64,000 bases of DNA from Dimorphilus gyrociliatus (Eukaryota > Animalia > Annelida), in assembly GCA_904063045.1 (NCBI GenBank), contig CAJFCJ010000003.1, forward strand, positions 2,776,504-2,840,503. Direction: 5' to 3'. Below the pieces are notes generated by a model. It had not been told where the DNA came from and did not search any database. It saw nothing but the letters and a program-made list of their open reading frames with translations. The stretch's first letter is position 1. Each line of letters starts with the position of its first letter. The position numbers and the translations under genes were made by a program. Positions 1 to 12,568 of this stretch are shown here, piece after piece.

Positions 1-1133
1 TTGATTGGTTGTTGAGTTGATGAAATATGTAAAGTCTACACTCATACATAGTAATAAGGTACTCGCCACGGATGCGATAAACTGACTTCCTTTTTATATG
101 CTGATAAGATTGATTGTGTTATTAATAATAATTTGTCGGTTTTACATCGGTGAAATAATTGATTTATATCAGAACTTTTCAACCTTCATTGTTTAAAGGT
201 AACTATTTCGATTTTATAAAAGATCGGTAAGAAAACGATAAAGGAAACAGTTGTTAACGTATAAGATCACTTGTGGACTTATATTATCGCCCACATATTT
301 CTTAATTATTTATTGTAAATAAATTATTATTATATTAAATATTTAACGCATCTTATTAAATAACAGGAACGTATTTTGATTTTTAAACAGATATAATGAG
401 GGGTGATTATTTCATACAAGTTAGAATTAAGTTTTCCTTTTTTATAATTATTTCAAAAGTTCTTTCCTAGCTTTTTATTATAGAATAGTACATAATTCAA
501 TATAAACTTAATCTTCTCATGATTATTCACCTCATTAAATAGTTTGAAGTCATAATTTTCTAATTTATACAAATATATAAAGAATACATTTGTAAACAAA
601 CGCTGTTACAATATAATTTTCTCTATTCTCTCGCTGAATTTTCCATTAATTTTTTACAATTAATTGAAGAAATGACCTTGTAAGCGTCACTCTTCAATAT
701 AATAGGCTTATAATACTTCCTTCATGTACTATTAATAGAAAATATTGGCAAGCGAGTTTTGTATGAAAGAACTGAAAAGAGTGAATAAAGAAAATCTATA
801 TGGTCGACTAGTTTCTTTATTCAGTCACTCCTCCCCTATTTTTTTTTTTGACATATTGATAAAAAAAAAGAGAAAGCAAAAACCACCATGATTTTGGAAT
901 TAAAATTGTAACTCTTTCCAATATGTTTCTATCCATATTTAAATATTAAGCTGTCTTCACCCAGCCATTAAACCGATTTAGATGCTTCTCTTTAAAAAAA
1001 CAGAATCATAAAGCTATGTTTTCTTTATTAACATTTCTTCATTACTAATATAATATATTCGAACTGTCTATGTTTACATATTTATCTCTTTTTTTTTTAA
1101 AAAAAAAGAATTATATCCGCTAACGTTAAACAG

Positions 1134-1651
1134 ATGGCAAGCATGAGCGGAACTAACGACGCAGCTGATCAGAATTTTGATTATATGTTTAAATTGCTAA
1201 TTATTGGCAATTCTAGCGTTGGAAAGACGTCATTTCTATTTAGATATGCTGATGATAAATTTACACAAGCATTTGTCTCAACTGTTGGAATTGACTTTAA
1301 AGTTAAAACGATATTTAGGCAAGATAAAAGAGTAAAATTGCAGATATGGGATACTGCTGGACAAGAAAGGTTAACTAGACATTACAGCTTCTATTTTAAG
1401 AATTTTATTACAGTAGAAATTTTTTATTACTTAAACAGATATAGAACAATTACAACAGCATATTATAGAGGTGCTATGGGCTTTCTCTTAATGTATGACG
1501 TCACAAACGAGGAAAGTTTCAATGCTGTCCAAGACTGGTACGTTTTTAACACTTAATCATTTTCAATAGATAAATATTTTTTATTGAGTACAAAATATAG
1601 TCTGGCATTTATACATGTTCAACATTAAAAATATGCTGTATATATATACAG

Positions 1652-1688
<37 letters not shown>

Positions 1689-1938
1689 CATGATTAATCC
1701 AACACCATATAAGTAATTTTTCCTTCCTTCTTAAAGAAACACTCGAAGATTATAATAGTAATTCTATATGATTTATATCACTTAGTAACGAATGAAAGAA
1801 AGTCACATTGAGAATAGAATATATAACAATAATAATAAAATACCAAATTTAATTATATTATTTCAATTAATTGGCTTTCTTATTACTATTTAATGCTGCA
1901 ATACTTTCCTTTTTTTTTCGTATTCCATCTCTCTCTCC

Positions 1939-1992
<54 letters not shown>

Positions 1993-4052
1993 TTCTCTTT
2001 TGTCTATTACTACAAAGGTACATACATTGTATTCTTAGGAAAATACGATGAATGTATATTCAGTGTATATACTGTATATATATATATACAGTATATATAT
2101 TAGATACTATGTATACATTTATATATTGTAGGTCAAATAGAGCATATTTTTCTTCCACGTTCTATAAAAATCACATGATATTGAAAAATAAAAATTGTAA
2201 ACGTTTAGGATTTGTTTGTACTTGACAATAATGAAAAAATACATTTTTAAAATAGCATTTTATTGCACTTTATATATAAAAAAAAAATCAGAATATCTTT
2301 TTTTAATATATTAATAAAAGTTAATATTGTAAAAGTTAATTTTTTAAGACTTCTTCTATTCCCTCAAGTCATAGTGTTTTTTAATAATTTAGCTATATTT
2401 TGATACAGTATGTACTATTTGTAAAAGTAGATCTTATATATACATATATATCATCTTTATCTTCCTTTCATCTCATTCATCCCCTCCTCCCTCTTTTTGG
2501 ACACTATTCTGATTATTCTGATTATTAATCGAGATGTCGTTTTTTTAGTTATGAATTGTTTTGTTTTGGGGTGGGATATATAGTAGAATAGAGGAAAACC
2601 TAATATATATAATTAGACTGATATTTTATTCAAATGTGAAATAAAAGAAACACAAATAATAACAGGATTACACAAGTAGAAACTCATGCTCTGGCTAACA
2701 AGTCAATAATTTTAGTGGGGAATAAAAATGACCTTAATCTTGAAAGGCGTGTTCTAAGGAGGGATGGTGAAAGATTGGCGGCTGAATTAGGTATTTTTTC
2801 AATTAAAAGTGCAATATACACTATGAGGATTTAGATATATACATATATATATTTATGTATGTATATGTACGTATACATATATATGTATATATAGACGAAT
2901 TAATATTGATCCACTGCCAGTTGATTTTCTGTTTAATGCTGTGTTGCAAATGCAGCATAAACAAACACAAGTAGATGAACGAAATGAACTTTTGATAAAA
3001 AATAGAACATTTAATGCTTCTTTCCTCCCATTTTTTTAAATCCCTTCTCATCTAACAAAAACTTCAATGGCTTTTTTGTTTAATTCTTTCTATAAATAAC
3101 ATAATTTTTAATTAATGTTTATAAATTTAAATAAATTTAATTAATCTTAATTACTTAAACGGTGATGAATATGAATGAATTAATCATAAACTATTCAAAT
3201 GACGGGAAAAGCCATTAAGAGAAATACTGTATATATTCAATATAATTTTGTTCTTTTAGCTTCTATATACCTGAATTTGGTGAAAGATGGTGATGGTTAT
3301 TTTTTATTGTACAGGTCAACCCAAATTAAAAATTATTCTTGGGACAATGCTCAAGTAGTTTTGGTTGGCAATAAATGTGATTTAGAAAGTGAGAGAGTCG
3401 TATCCTCAGACAGGGGTAAAAGATTGGCAGACGAACTTGGTACGTTCGGTTTTTATTACTTATTGGATATGCAAAATGAAGAAGAAATTTCATTTTGCCT
3501 AATTAAATATTTAGATATATAAGTATTTTATGAAATCCTTTACAAATTAGATCAAATAACATATTTATATACAATCGCTCTCTCTTTCTCTCTCTCTATC
3601 TATCTCTCGCTTCTTCTTCTTGTCAGCGTCTTGTTATTCTTTTTTATTATTATTTGCTTTATCTTCATGATTTACATTTTAAAGTTGGAAAAAGTCTTTC
3701 TTCCTCTAAAACGATTAAATAAAGGAAGAATAAAAAGGGAAATTAAATTGTTCTGATGAATATTAAGGATTAAATATACTTTTTCTATTCATTAGAGCTT
3801 TTATATTTCTCTTATATACTAACTCCATAAAAATAATAAAACATGATGTTTTCATTTCCAGGAATAGAATTTTTTGAAACATCGGCGAAAGAAAATCACA
3901 ATGTTAAGCTAGTTTTTGAAAGGCTTGTTGATATCATTTGCGACAAGATGAATGAAAGTTTGGATTCCGATCCTGTAATTATGAGTCAAAAAGGAACTCA
4001 TCTTTCAAATGACACAGCATCAGGACCAGCCAACAGTAATTGCCAGTGCTGA
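1134..4052 (+). CDS. RAB3: Rab3 small GTPase, 216 aa; exons 1134-1369, 1439-1537, 3315-3439 (or alternative 2666-2790), 3862-4052
   Basis: [66 protein letters not shown] and a C-terminal CQC prenylation motif. GT-AG junctions with matching phases give 651 nt in frame. Confidence 0.96.
1658..1687. repeat. (TA)n microsatellite
   Basis: Direct reading of a TA run in Rab3 intron 2. Confidence 0.9.
1929..1990. repeat. (CT)n microsatellite
   Basis: Long CT run in Rab3 intron 2, upstream of the alternative exon. Confidence 0.9.
2666..2790 (+). CDS. RAB3: Alternative (probably mutually exclusive) exon 3 of Rab3, paralogous to 3315-3439
   Basis: aacag|...|gtatt flanks, 125 nt and the same phases as the canonical exon. 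Translates to [43 protein letters not shown], 21/43 identical by manual alignment. Absent from the supplied ORF track. Confidence 0.85.
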
Positions 4053-6096
4053 GGGAGAAGATAAAAATTAATTTTTTTCTCTTAAAGATATCTTTAATTG
4101 TCCTTAATTTATAATATATATATATTTCAAATTATTATTAAGAATGTTGTGATGTAATTTTTATCGGTAGCTTCTTAAAAATCTACTGCTGTTTCTAACA
4201 TTCCATATTAAGTGGACATAAATGTTACATATACTCTATATATGTAACACTATAGATTTATGTGTTCACAGTATACAATTGTTGTATACTTTACAATTTT
4301 ACGTTTGTGCTCGTTCTTTAAAAATATAATTATTTAATATGTTAATTAGCCAGTCTGCTCTTTGCTGAATTCTAGTCTTGAACGTATTACAAACATATAT
4401 CCATCTTTTATTATAATTGTTTACGATTGAAATAACATATATTAATATTTATAATCTTTAACCTGCACGATGTTTCTGTCACAGTTCAACTGTGATTGTC
4501 AGTGTTTGATTGATTGTTTTTAAATGTCCAATGATTGTTATTATGCAAAAAGAGAAAAACAGTAAAAACGTAATTTTTCCGTCTAATTTCAATTAATAAA
4601 CTATTCTAACACCTGCATAAATTGCTGTCTCATTATATTCATATTTTTATATACAAAATATTTATAGATAATAAGTTTCAGTATCCTTCTTTGAAGACTA
4701 TATGAAAAAGATTAGGAAATATTATTTTCCAGCTATCAAAGCCATTCTTGTGTCAGTTATTTGCAATGTTGTCGATGGGATAAGGCTGAAAAATTGCATT
4801 CATCTTTTAAGTTGTTTGTTATTAATAAAGTTGATGTAGAGTCTAATAAAAAGCTGCTGGGAAGACATTGTCCGAACTGAGTACATTTCCTACTCATTAA
4901 AACGAAAACGAATAGAAAGCTTTTATAAACCTCAGATAAAATGGTTTGACATATTGCATAAACTATGTATGTATTAGATCGTCATAAATAAGTCTTAAAG
5001 ACAGATTTTAGACAACAAAATTTTATTCTACGTTCCCATTGATCGTATAATTTAACACATATTCACATAAAAATATATTCACTCCGTCAACGGTTGCCTT
5101 GTTTGAATAACAAAACAAAAAGTATTATAGCTATTTTATTTTGCAGATACGCTTAATATTTCATTAAGAGAAATTAACCATTGCCTAAACGGTTCAAACA
5201 AATATTAACAAATTCCCTAACATGTTTTTTTTTACAAGTTGGCTACATGAAGGTCAATCACGAACACAGAAACAAAGGAAAAAATGCATGATATACACCT
5301 TCATGAACAAACAATGTTGGCACAATGGCTAAATCAGTTTCAAAAATAAACGAAAGCACTATCCAGGAGTCCAGGGGAAAAAACTCCAGTTAGTCGACAT
5401 TTATTATTTTTCGGAATTACGCTTGAATCGAAATTGGTTAAAAATTAATTCGTCGAAGTAGATCATCTGGCCGAATTTTCTTCCTGTTTAAAAAATATAG
5501 GTGTAAGTGTTGCAGAAACTTTCAAATTTTAATATTTATACAATAAAAAAAATGTAAAAAAAAAAAAAAAACAACTCTCATTCTAAAAACTAAAACGAAC
5601 TATAAGGATTGCAAAAGAATTAAACAGTTGAAATATTACTCAAAAGAAAACCTTTGAAAATTTCAAATTAGTCCAAAAGTCCTGGGATTTTTTCTCACGC
5701 TTAATTGAGTTGAGACGATAGAGCGTTTGACATAATGATTTGCTAGAAAAATAGAAAGAAACAATTTTTCATTCTAATTTATTTGTACATAATTATCATT
5801 GATAGCAAAAAAACAGGAATTTTGTTGAATTTTTTCTTATTAATTTTCGTTTATGTTCAAACTGTTTTTTTTTTATTTTTTCAAAAAAAATCTAAACCTA
5901 AACAATAGGTGCCGTTTTTAAGATAAAAAATATGTCCAAAAAAATATTCAATCTAGTTTACACACATAAAATCGTTCGTTTTCGTTTTCTAGAAAGTTTT
6001 CAAGATGCAAAATCTTCGATTTTGTTTATGGAAAATTCATAAATCGCCCTCGATCGTCGAATTTTATCCGTTTTTTTTTTAATACGACCACAAGCT

Positions 6097-6250
6097 ATAT
6101 ATATATATATATATATAAAGAATATATATATATGTATATATATATATGTATATATTTACCTACACATATATATACGTATATATACATACATATATATATA
6201 TATATATTAATATATATATATATACATATAGATATCTATATATATATATA
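6097..6250. repeat. Degenerate (TA)n low-complexity tract
   Basis: TA repeats interrupted by C/G; explains the spurious YI-rich ORF 6132-6383. Confidence 0.9.
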
Positions 6251-7025
6251 TCGTTATTATATGGGAACAACAGTTTTGTCGAAAAGCATCAATTACAATC
6301 ATAATTTGAGACAAATCAAAAAAAAAATTTTTTTATACAATGAGTTTGTACAAAGGAGAAAAACGTTACATAAAAATTTGTAGGTCAAATGTATTTGGGG
6401 GTAGGATTTACAGTGGTATTATAAACATTTTAAGTTTATCACGAATGCCATTGTTACACAAGCGAAATAATAGAAAAGTTAAGTCATGCCCAGTTAAAGA
6501 ACTGATTTGAGAGTTAAATTGGAAAAAGCCAAATAAATTCTGCATAGTTTATCAGGTTTTCTAGTTTATAAAATCTTCTCATTGGAAGGGTTAATTCTTC
6601 GATGTGTTTTTTTTGATATAGTGCATTAAAAATCTAGCTTTCAGACACTAACAAACAAAATTAAAGCTGATCATCTTAAAGGATTCCCTTTATCCACCCA
6701 TAGACAGAAAATGGCTAAGTATATAATAAAATTTAGAGACCAATTGGTGAAGAATAGATACAGTGACTAGATAGTTTAGGTGAAAAAGGAAAGAAAAAAG
6801 GTGAGATATTTACAAAACCACTGTTTACACCCTCCATCCTCCCAGTACATCTAGCCAAAAAATTCGTTAATGAACAGATATTTTTCGTTGTCAAAAATAA
6901 CTAAAACAGGTAACTCTTTTCGCAGGTAGGGCGTGATTATGACTTTAAAACATCATGTACATAAAATTGAGAAAGAGATGTGAAATTTTTTCAAAAATTC
7001 GTAAAAAATAAATTTAAAAAAATTT

Positions 7026-10000
7026 TTAATTCCATTCGTGTTGGTCGTACGAATCCTGATACCACGACTCGTCAGTAGCCTGTTGTTGCGGCTGTTGCAC
7101 AGCGAGCGGTTGCTGTGCAATAGGCTGCGCTTCAAAATGACCATCCACCACCTGAACTGGTGGTGGAGGTCTTCTCTTCGAAGCCGGCCCCCCTAGACCA
7201 CCTCCCATATTAGGAGCGCCCTTACGTTTTGGGGCAGCCATACCTCGCATCCCGGATTGAAGGTGTCCTCGTCCTCCCCGACCTCCGTACGCTGGGGGCC
7301 CAACGAATCCTCCGCCCCCACCGCGATTTGCTCCCCTATTGGTGCCACGATTGCCCCCGCCACGCTGTCCCATAGCCACCCGACCTCTGTGCGTACCACG
7401 GGGGCCAGGCTGCTGCTGCGTTACTGGTCCATGCTGAAGGATAAATACCCTGCAATATTTATAAATTGGTTCTAGAAAAATTTACCTACAGGAGCCGGAG
7501 CATGATGTCCACCTCTTCCTCGACCACGATGAGGAGGTTGAGGAGTGACTGGATGAGGAGAATATTCGGCAGAAAAGTCTTCATAACAGCCCCCGTAGGA
7601 GCTATAATCGTCGTAGCCATAGCCTTGGCCATACCCACTGTAATCGTCATAATAGTCCATTGGAGCAGCTGTTTCATGAACTAAAATTAGTTATTTACAC
7701 TCAACGACTTGCTGACTACGACTTTTTTGACGAAAGGAGAAAAGAAATATATTTTTGTCAAAAAACTCAATAATAAGCTAAACTCACGTGGTCTCATCAT
7801 ACCACCACGACCCCTCATACCTCCTCTGGCTATCCTACCTCTCATCATTGGTGGAGGTGGTCCGAAAGAAGCAGGTGGATAGCTGGAATAATAATCATCA
7901 TATCCCATATTCATATTATTGTCTCTTTCTCTTCTCATCCTCCTTTCTCGAGCTTTATTTTCATTGGCTGGTTTAGCTAAAGTTACATTGATTTCTACTT
8001 CATGTAGTTTGTAACCATTCATGGCCTCAAGGGCTGATAATGTACTATCTCGTTCTTTATAATGAACAAATCCATAGTCTTTAACTTTTTTGACTCGCTC
8101 AATTTCACCAAATGGCTCGAAGATTTTCTTCAATTCTTCTTCGGTAACGTTCGACCGTAAATTCCGAACGTACAATACTTTTACCTATTGAAATAAAAAG
8201 AAAATTTATACTAAAATAGCAATACTTTCCAACGTTAAAAAAAATATGAAAGCAACTCTTAAATAGAAAATTCTCTCAGCTTACAAAACTAAGTACCCAC
8301 ATATTACATCGTTACACGTTGATGTAATCGCTAATGTTGTTATCTCTGTTTTAACTTTAAAATATGAAACTATTTAATTGTATAACAATCGCGATAAAAG
8401 CATTCTTTAATAATTTATGTAATTCTAGTAAAAAGTAACCTTTGCCATTGTCTCTTCATCTGGTTCATCTTGGGGATCAGCCCAGTCTACAATAATCTCA
8501 CTACCCCAAACTCTTATTCTGCCACTAGCCAACTTCCTCTTAGCACCTGAAGCTGATTTATGAGTATCGTATTCTAGAAATGCAAATCCTCGATTTTTTT
8601 TCTTTGGATCATCAGGAAATGCATAAACTATAACTTCTCTCAAGCCTTCCGTTAACTTTTTGAATTCTTCCAATATATCTTCACGAGATTTGTTTTTTGG
8701 TATATTTCCAACAAACAATCGCACATTCGCAATTGAAACATTAACCTGAAGTTTCTTATTCGGTTTAATTTCATAATTATTTAATTGTTTAGCAGCTTCT
8801 CTTGCTGCTTCAGCTGTGGTGAATGTTACGAAAGCATATCCCCTGTTACAGCCTTGCATGGGATTCATCATCAGTCGAAGATCCCAGATGGTGCCAAATT
8901 TTTCAAATACTGGAATCAGATCGTCTTCATATACTGTTTTAGGTATGCGTCCAACAAAGCATTCGTGCCCATTGCCAGGTGGACCACCATCCCAACTGGG
9001 GGGTGGACCACCATATTTTCTTTGACCTGTTGTTATTTCCAAGGCATATCCCGTCCGATCAAGGATTTCCTGGGAATGAATATCAAGATTAGAATAGATA
9101 TTTATCTAATCTATAATTTTTTCTATCTTATTTAAAAATATATTTCTATTTTATCAATTATCTGTTTTAGAAAAATAGAGTAAAAAACGAAAGAACAAAT
9201 TGAGTTGTTTTAGTAATTATTAGGTGTAGTTTCTGAGACTGAGAATAGCACGTAATACACTCAATGACCCAATATCATGAACATGACAAACAAGTTCATT
9301 TTTCCTATGGCATAAAGACATAAAGCAATATCGATAGGCTTAAAATGCAAACGAGGAATTCAACACCTCAGTAATTTTGTACATAGGATTCCTTACTAGA
9401 CGTTTCCATGTTTAATCAATACAATACTAAATTCTCTTTATTTAAGGGTAATTTTACAAGTAATAGTATTATATTAATGAAATGAATCCTTCTTTCTATA
9501 TTGAGTAGCAAAATTTCACTATATACTATAAATTTTATCAAAAATTGGCTATCTTTGTTAAATCTTAATCAGTAATTACATAAGACCCTCAAGGTTATAT
9601 CGTCCAAAAGTTGAACTGTCCATTAGCAATAATCTACTGTTGATCTAAGATTAAGCCTTCTGTTGGACATTAATGCTTAAAATCACATTCAAATATTTTT
9701 GTCAAAACCAGCTATAGGTTTAATTTGATATCAAATGTCACCTTAAGTTTGAAATTAGTTTAAAATACACGTTCGAAAGTCGAATATGCTATAATTCCTA
9801 ACAGAAGATGTTGCCTTTTACCCTTACAGACTATGTCACATACCATGCATACAAGATATGATTAGAATATTAAGGGTTATACAAGTCGAAGCTCAACTAT
9901 GGTTTCTATAATGTTAAAAATTAACCTTTAATTTCTTTTCGTCTGGTCCATTCGTTACAGCCGGTTTATCCTCGCCTAAGCTTTGTTTTTGTCTGTAAGT

Positions 10001-10485
10001 CTTCATAACACCACAGATATAAGCACTTTTATTATTTACATGCTGTAAGTTGCTGTCAGCTAAAAGTTGCTTAAGAACTGCGATAGCACATTCTATAGGA
10101 AAGTCTCTTATTGCTTCTAGGGCTCTAGGATCCAGATCATCATAAGTCACAAGTTTTGCTTGAAATAGCTTCTCTAATTCATCGGCCACTGTTGTATCTA
10201 GACCGAAATCGACTAACTTCTTATGATCTTCTGATTTTTCGACTGTTTCAACATCTCCCCCACCGCCATTTTCCGTAGATGGAGCTTGATCATCTGTAAA
10301 ATGCGTTTAGATTATGTAAAATGTAACTTAATTTGATTCGGCGTTTTTGGACGAAACAACGAGGCCAACATGTCTGCCGACTTCGGCGATTAGTTTTAGT
10401 TTATAATATCCTATATTTTGATCTTTATTCTTAGGCAAATTCTTGATAAAGTCATAAATAAGAATTCATGAACTATACCTGACAT
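7026..10485 (-). CDS. SYNCRIP: hnRNP Q/R (Syncrip) RNA-binding protein; exons 10485-10479, 10293-9926, 9069-8440, 8184-7788, 7680-7490, 7433-7026
   Basis: N-terminal helical domain (LDPRALEAIRDF...NKSAYICGVMKTY), ITTGQRKYGGPPP, three RRMs (ECFVGRIP, RLFVGNIP, KVLYVRNL), RGG/Y-rich tail and WYQD C-terminus. All junctions are GT-AG and phase-consistent. Confidence 0.95.
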
Positions 10486-10690
10486 CTTGCTGTAAAAGCG
10501 CTTATATTCTCAGAAATTCTTCGTCAAGCCTGCACATCCAATATGGCGGCTCAGCGGAAAATGGACGCTAATTTAAAAAAAAAAGAGTCCAATCTCAGTT
10601 TTTTTTATGATAATATATTAACAATTATGATTTTTCCCTATAGATAAATATTATAGAGTATAAAAAACATATATTTTACGAAAATAATGA

Positions 10691-10701
10691 GCGCCAAATT
10701 T
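10691..10701 (-). promoter_or_regulatory. E2F-like TTTGGCGC motif upstream of Syncrip
   Basis: AAATTTGGCGC on the sense strand about 200 bp upstream of the ATG; a similar motif lies upstream of ERGIC2 and PROSER3. Confidence 0.3.
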
Positions 10702-12023
10702 AGAATATTTAATTACTTGTGTTTAGCTTATAATATAAATAGGTGCGTTTTAAGGAAACAGCACTATTTCTATATCACAAATTTGTAGAGATAACATAGT
10801 AATTACATAATTTACTATATTATTCACGACTTAAACGTTTGTTTCTACTATTCTATATAAAGATAAACGTGTAATTCACAAAAACAGTCGAATATAGAAA
10901 TTACGTAATCAAATGAAAATGCACTAATTATTTATCGTTAAAAAAAATTCCACATTTTAAAAGGTTAAAATGACAAAAACAACAAGAAAAGTCAAAATAA
11001 GGACTTTTAAAAGGTCACCAACTAAATTTAACATAGTAAACTACTCAGTACTATATAGTATTAAATTAATTGGTGCAACTTTCGATATTCTCTCTCCCTC
11101 TCTCTTTTGTCTGTCTTTCAATATTTCACTTTCTCTGTCACTGTCACTCTCTCTTAAACCATATATCTCTAACACATTTCTATAACTTACATTCACAAAG
11201 TCACGATCAGACACACATAATTGATTTCTCCCGAAGTTTTTTCGCTATTCGACTAATATAACCGAGTTGAATTAATTACTAATTTAAAAAAATGAACAAA
11301 TACAAACATAGTAACTGAAAGTAAAAGAAAATAGAGTCCTGTTTGGTTTTTTTGTTTTGTTATTTATTTCTTTTTCTTCCCTTCTTTCTTTTTAAATATG
11401 AATAACAGTTTACTTTCTGTCTTTATATTGTTTCTTTCTTAAATATTTATATAAGTTTATTATTTTATAAATACAATATAATAAAAGGAATATTTAAGAA
11501 TATAAAATAATAAGAAATATGTTGAATATTTTGGAATTAATTTATTCAATTAAATAATTTTAAGAGGTGTGTGTAAATATGTGCTGTTTTTCCTTTTATA
11601 TATTCTTTGTAAAACCCAGACTAATGAATAAAATATATATTTATTTGAATAAATAAAGCGGGTTCAACGGCTACTCCCACTCTCCCCCTCCTTCTTCTCT
11701 CCTTTTTTGTATTTTTATTTTGCTCTATCTCTATCTTTCTTTCTTTCTTTCTCTCTGTCTCTCTCTCTCTCACGTACAACCTCCTGTCTAGTCCGTGGTG
11801 TTTACATTGAAATATGACTCTTAAAAGTAAATTGTTTATTTTAACCAAATAATCTACCTTAAAAAACTAGCTTTGAAATATAAGTAGTAGACTTTTTGTA
11901 TCAATAGTATCTGCTTTTCCCTAAATATTTTCCAACAATTCTAAATGTGAATATATTCATATTAGAAATTCTGAAAGTTTGCCGTATTATCGCCTAATGA
12001 GTTACTACTCTTATCAGAATAAA

Positions 12024-12036
12024 AGCAGATGGCGCC
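12024..12036 (+). promoter_or_regulatory. CTCF-like motif (AGCAGATGGCGCC) upstream of TESK
   Basis: Matches the 3' part of the CTCF consensus; one of many AGATGGC sites in non-coding DNA. Confidence 0.4.
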
Positions 12037-12358
12037 ACTCCCGGAGTGAAAAAAAAAAGTAATGGCAGCTGAGCATTCTAACGTGTTGACACATACTCTT
12101 TAAAAATACCTGGTTTAATTAGTCTTGAATCTCATGTTTCTAGCACTCGAAGGCCTTCACTGGAGCAGAGAGAAGAAAGAGGGGATATAAATCTTTTTAG
12201 TTGAGGAATTTACTAAAATAACTACTCTTTTTTATACTTTAAGTTGGTTTTCTCTTACTATTTTATAGCTAAATTTAAACTTGACTAAGATAGAAAGCAC
12301 GCCGGTTTGAATAGTAGAAAACTTTTTATTTTGACTAGATAAGAATAAATGATATGGA

Positions 12359-12389
<31 letters not shown>

Positions 12390-12568
12390 GTTTTGTATCC
12401 AATTTGATTTACCACAGAAATAAATTGGGAATATTATCACGTTCTAATCTTAATCCTTATCATTTTCTGGAATTGTTAACACGTTTTATGTTTAAGCATA
12501 TAAATTAAAGTTCCTTTAAATTCGACAATGAATTTTTCAGATATGATTTTGAGGTTAAAAGCGAAGCA

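Noticed and set aside
4898-5992. 14-bp inverted repeat AAAACGAAAACGAA about 1.1 kb apart, suggesting a MITE or DNA transposon
   Set aside because: Low-complexity A-rich match, no target-site duplication, no transposase remnant and no second copy in the window.
6132-6383. 83-aa Y/I-rich ORF
   Set aside because: Translation of a degenerate TA repeat. The same applies to other short ORFs over CT, GA and TA tracts (2821-3051, 10970-11261, 51184-51429, 52685-52897, 53818-54120, 58977-59358, 61933-62232).
7193-9135. Overlapping and antisense ORFs across Syncrip (e.g. 7257-7475, 7466-7684, 8785-9135)
   Set aside because: Shadow frames of GC-richer coding exons; no independent splice signals or motifs.
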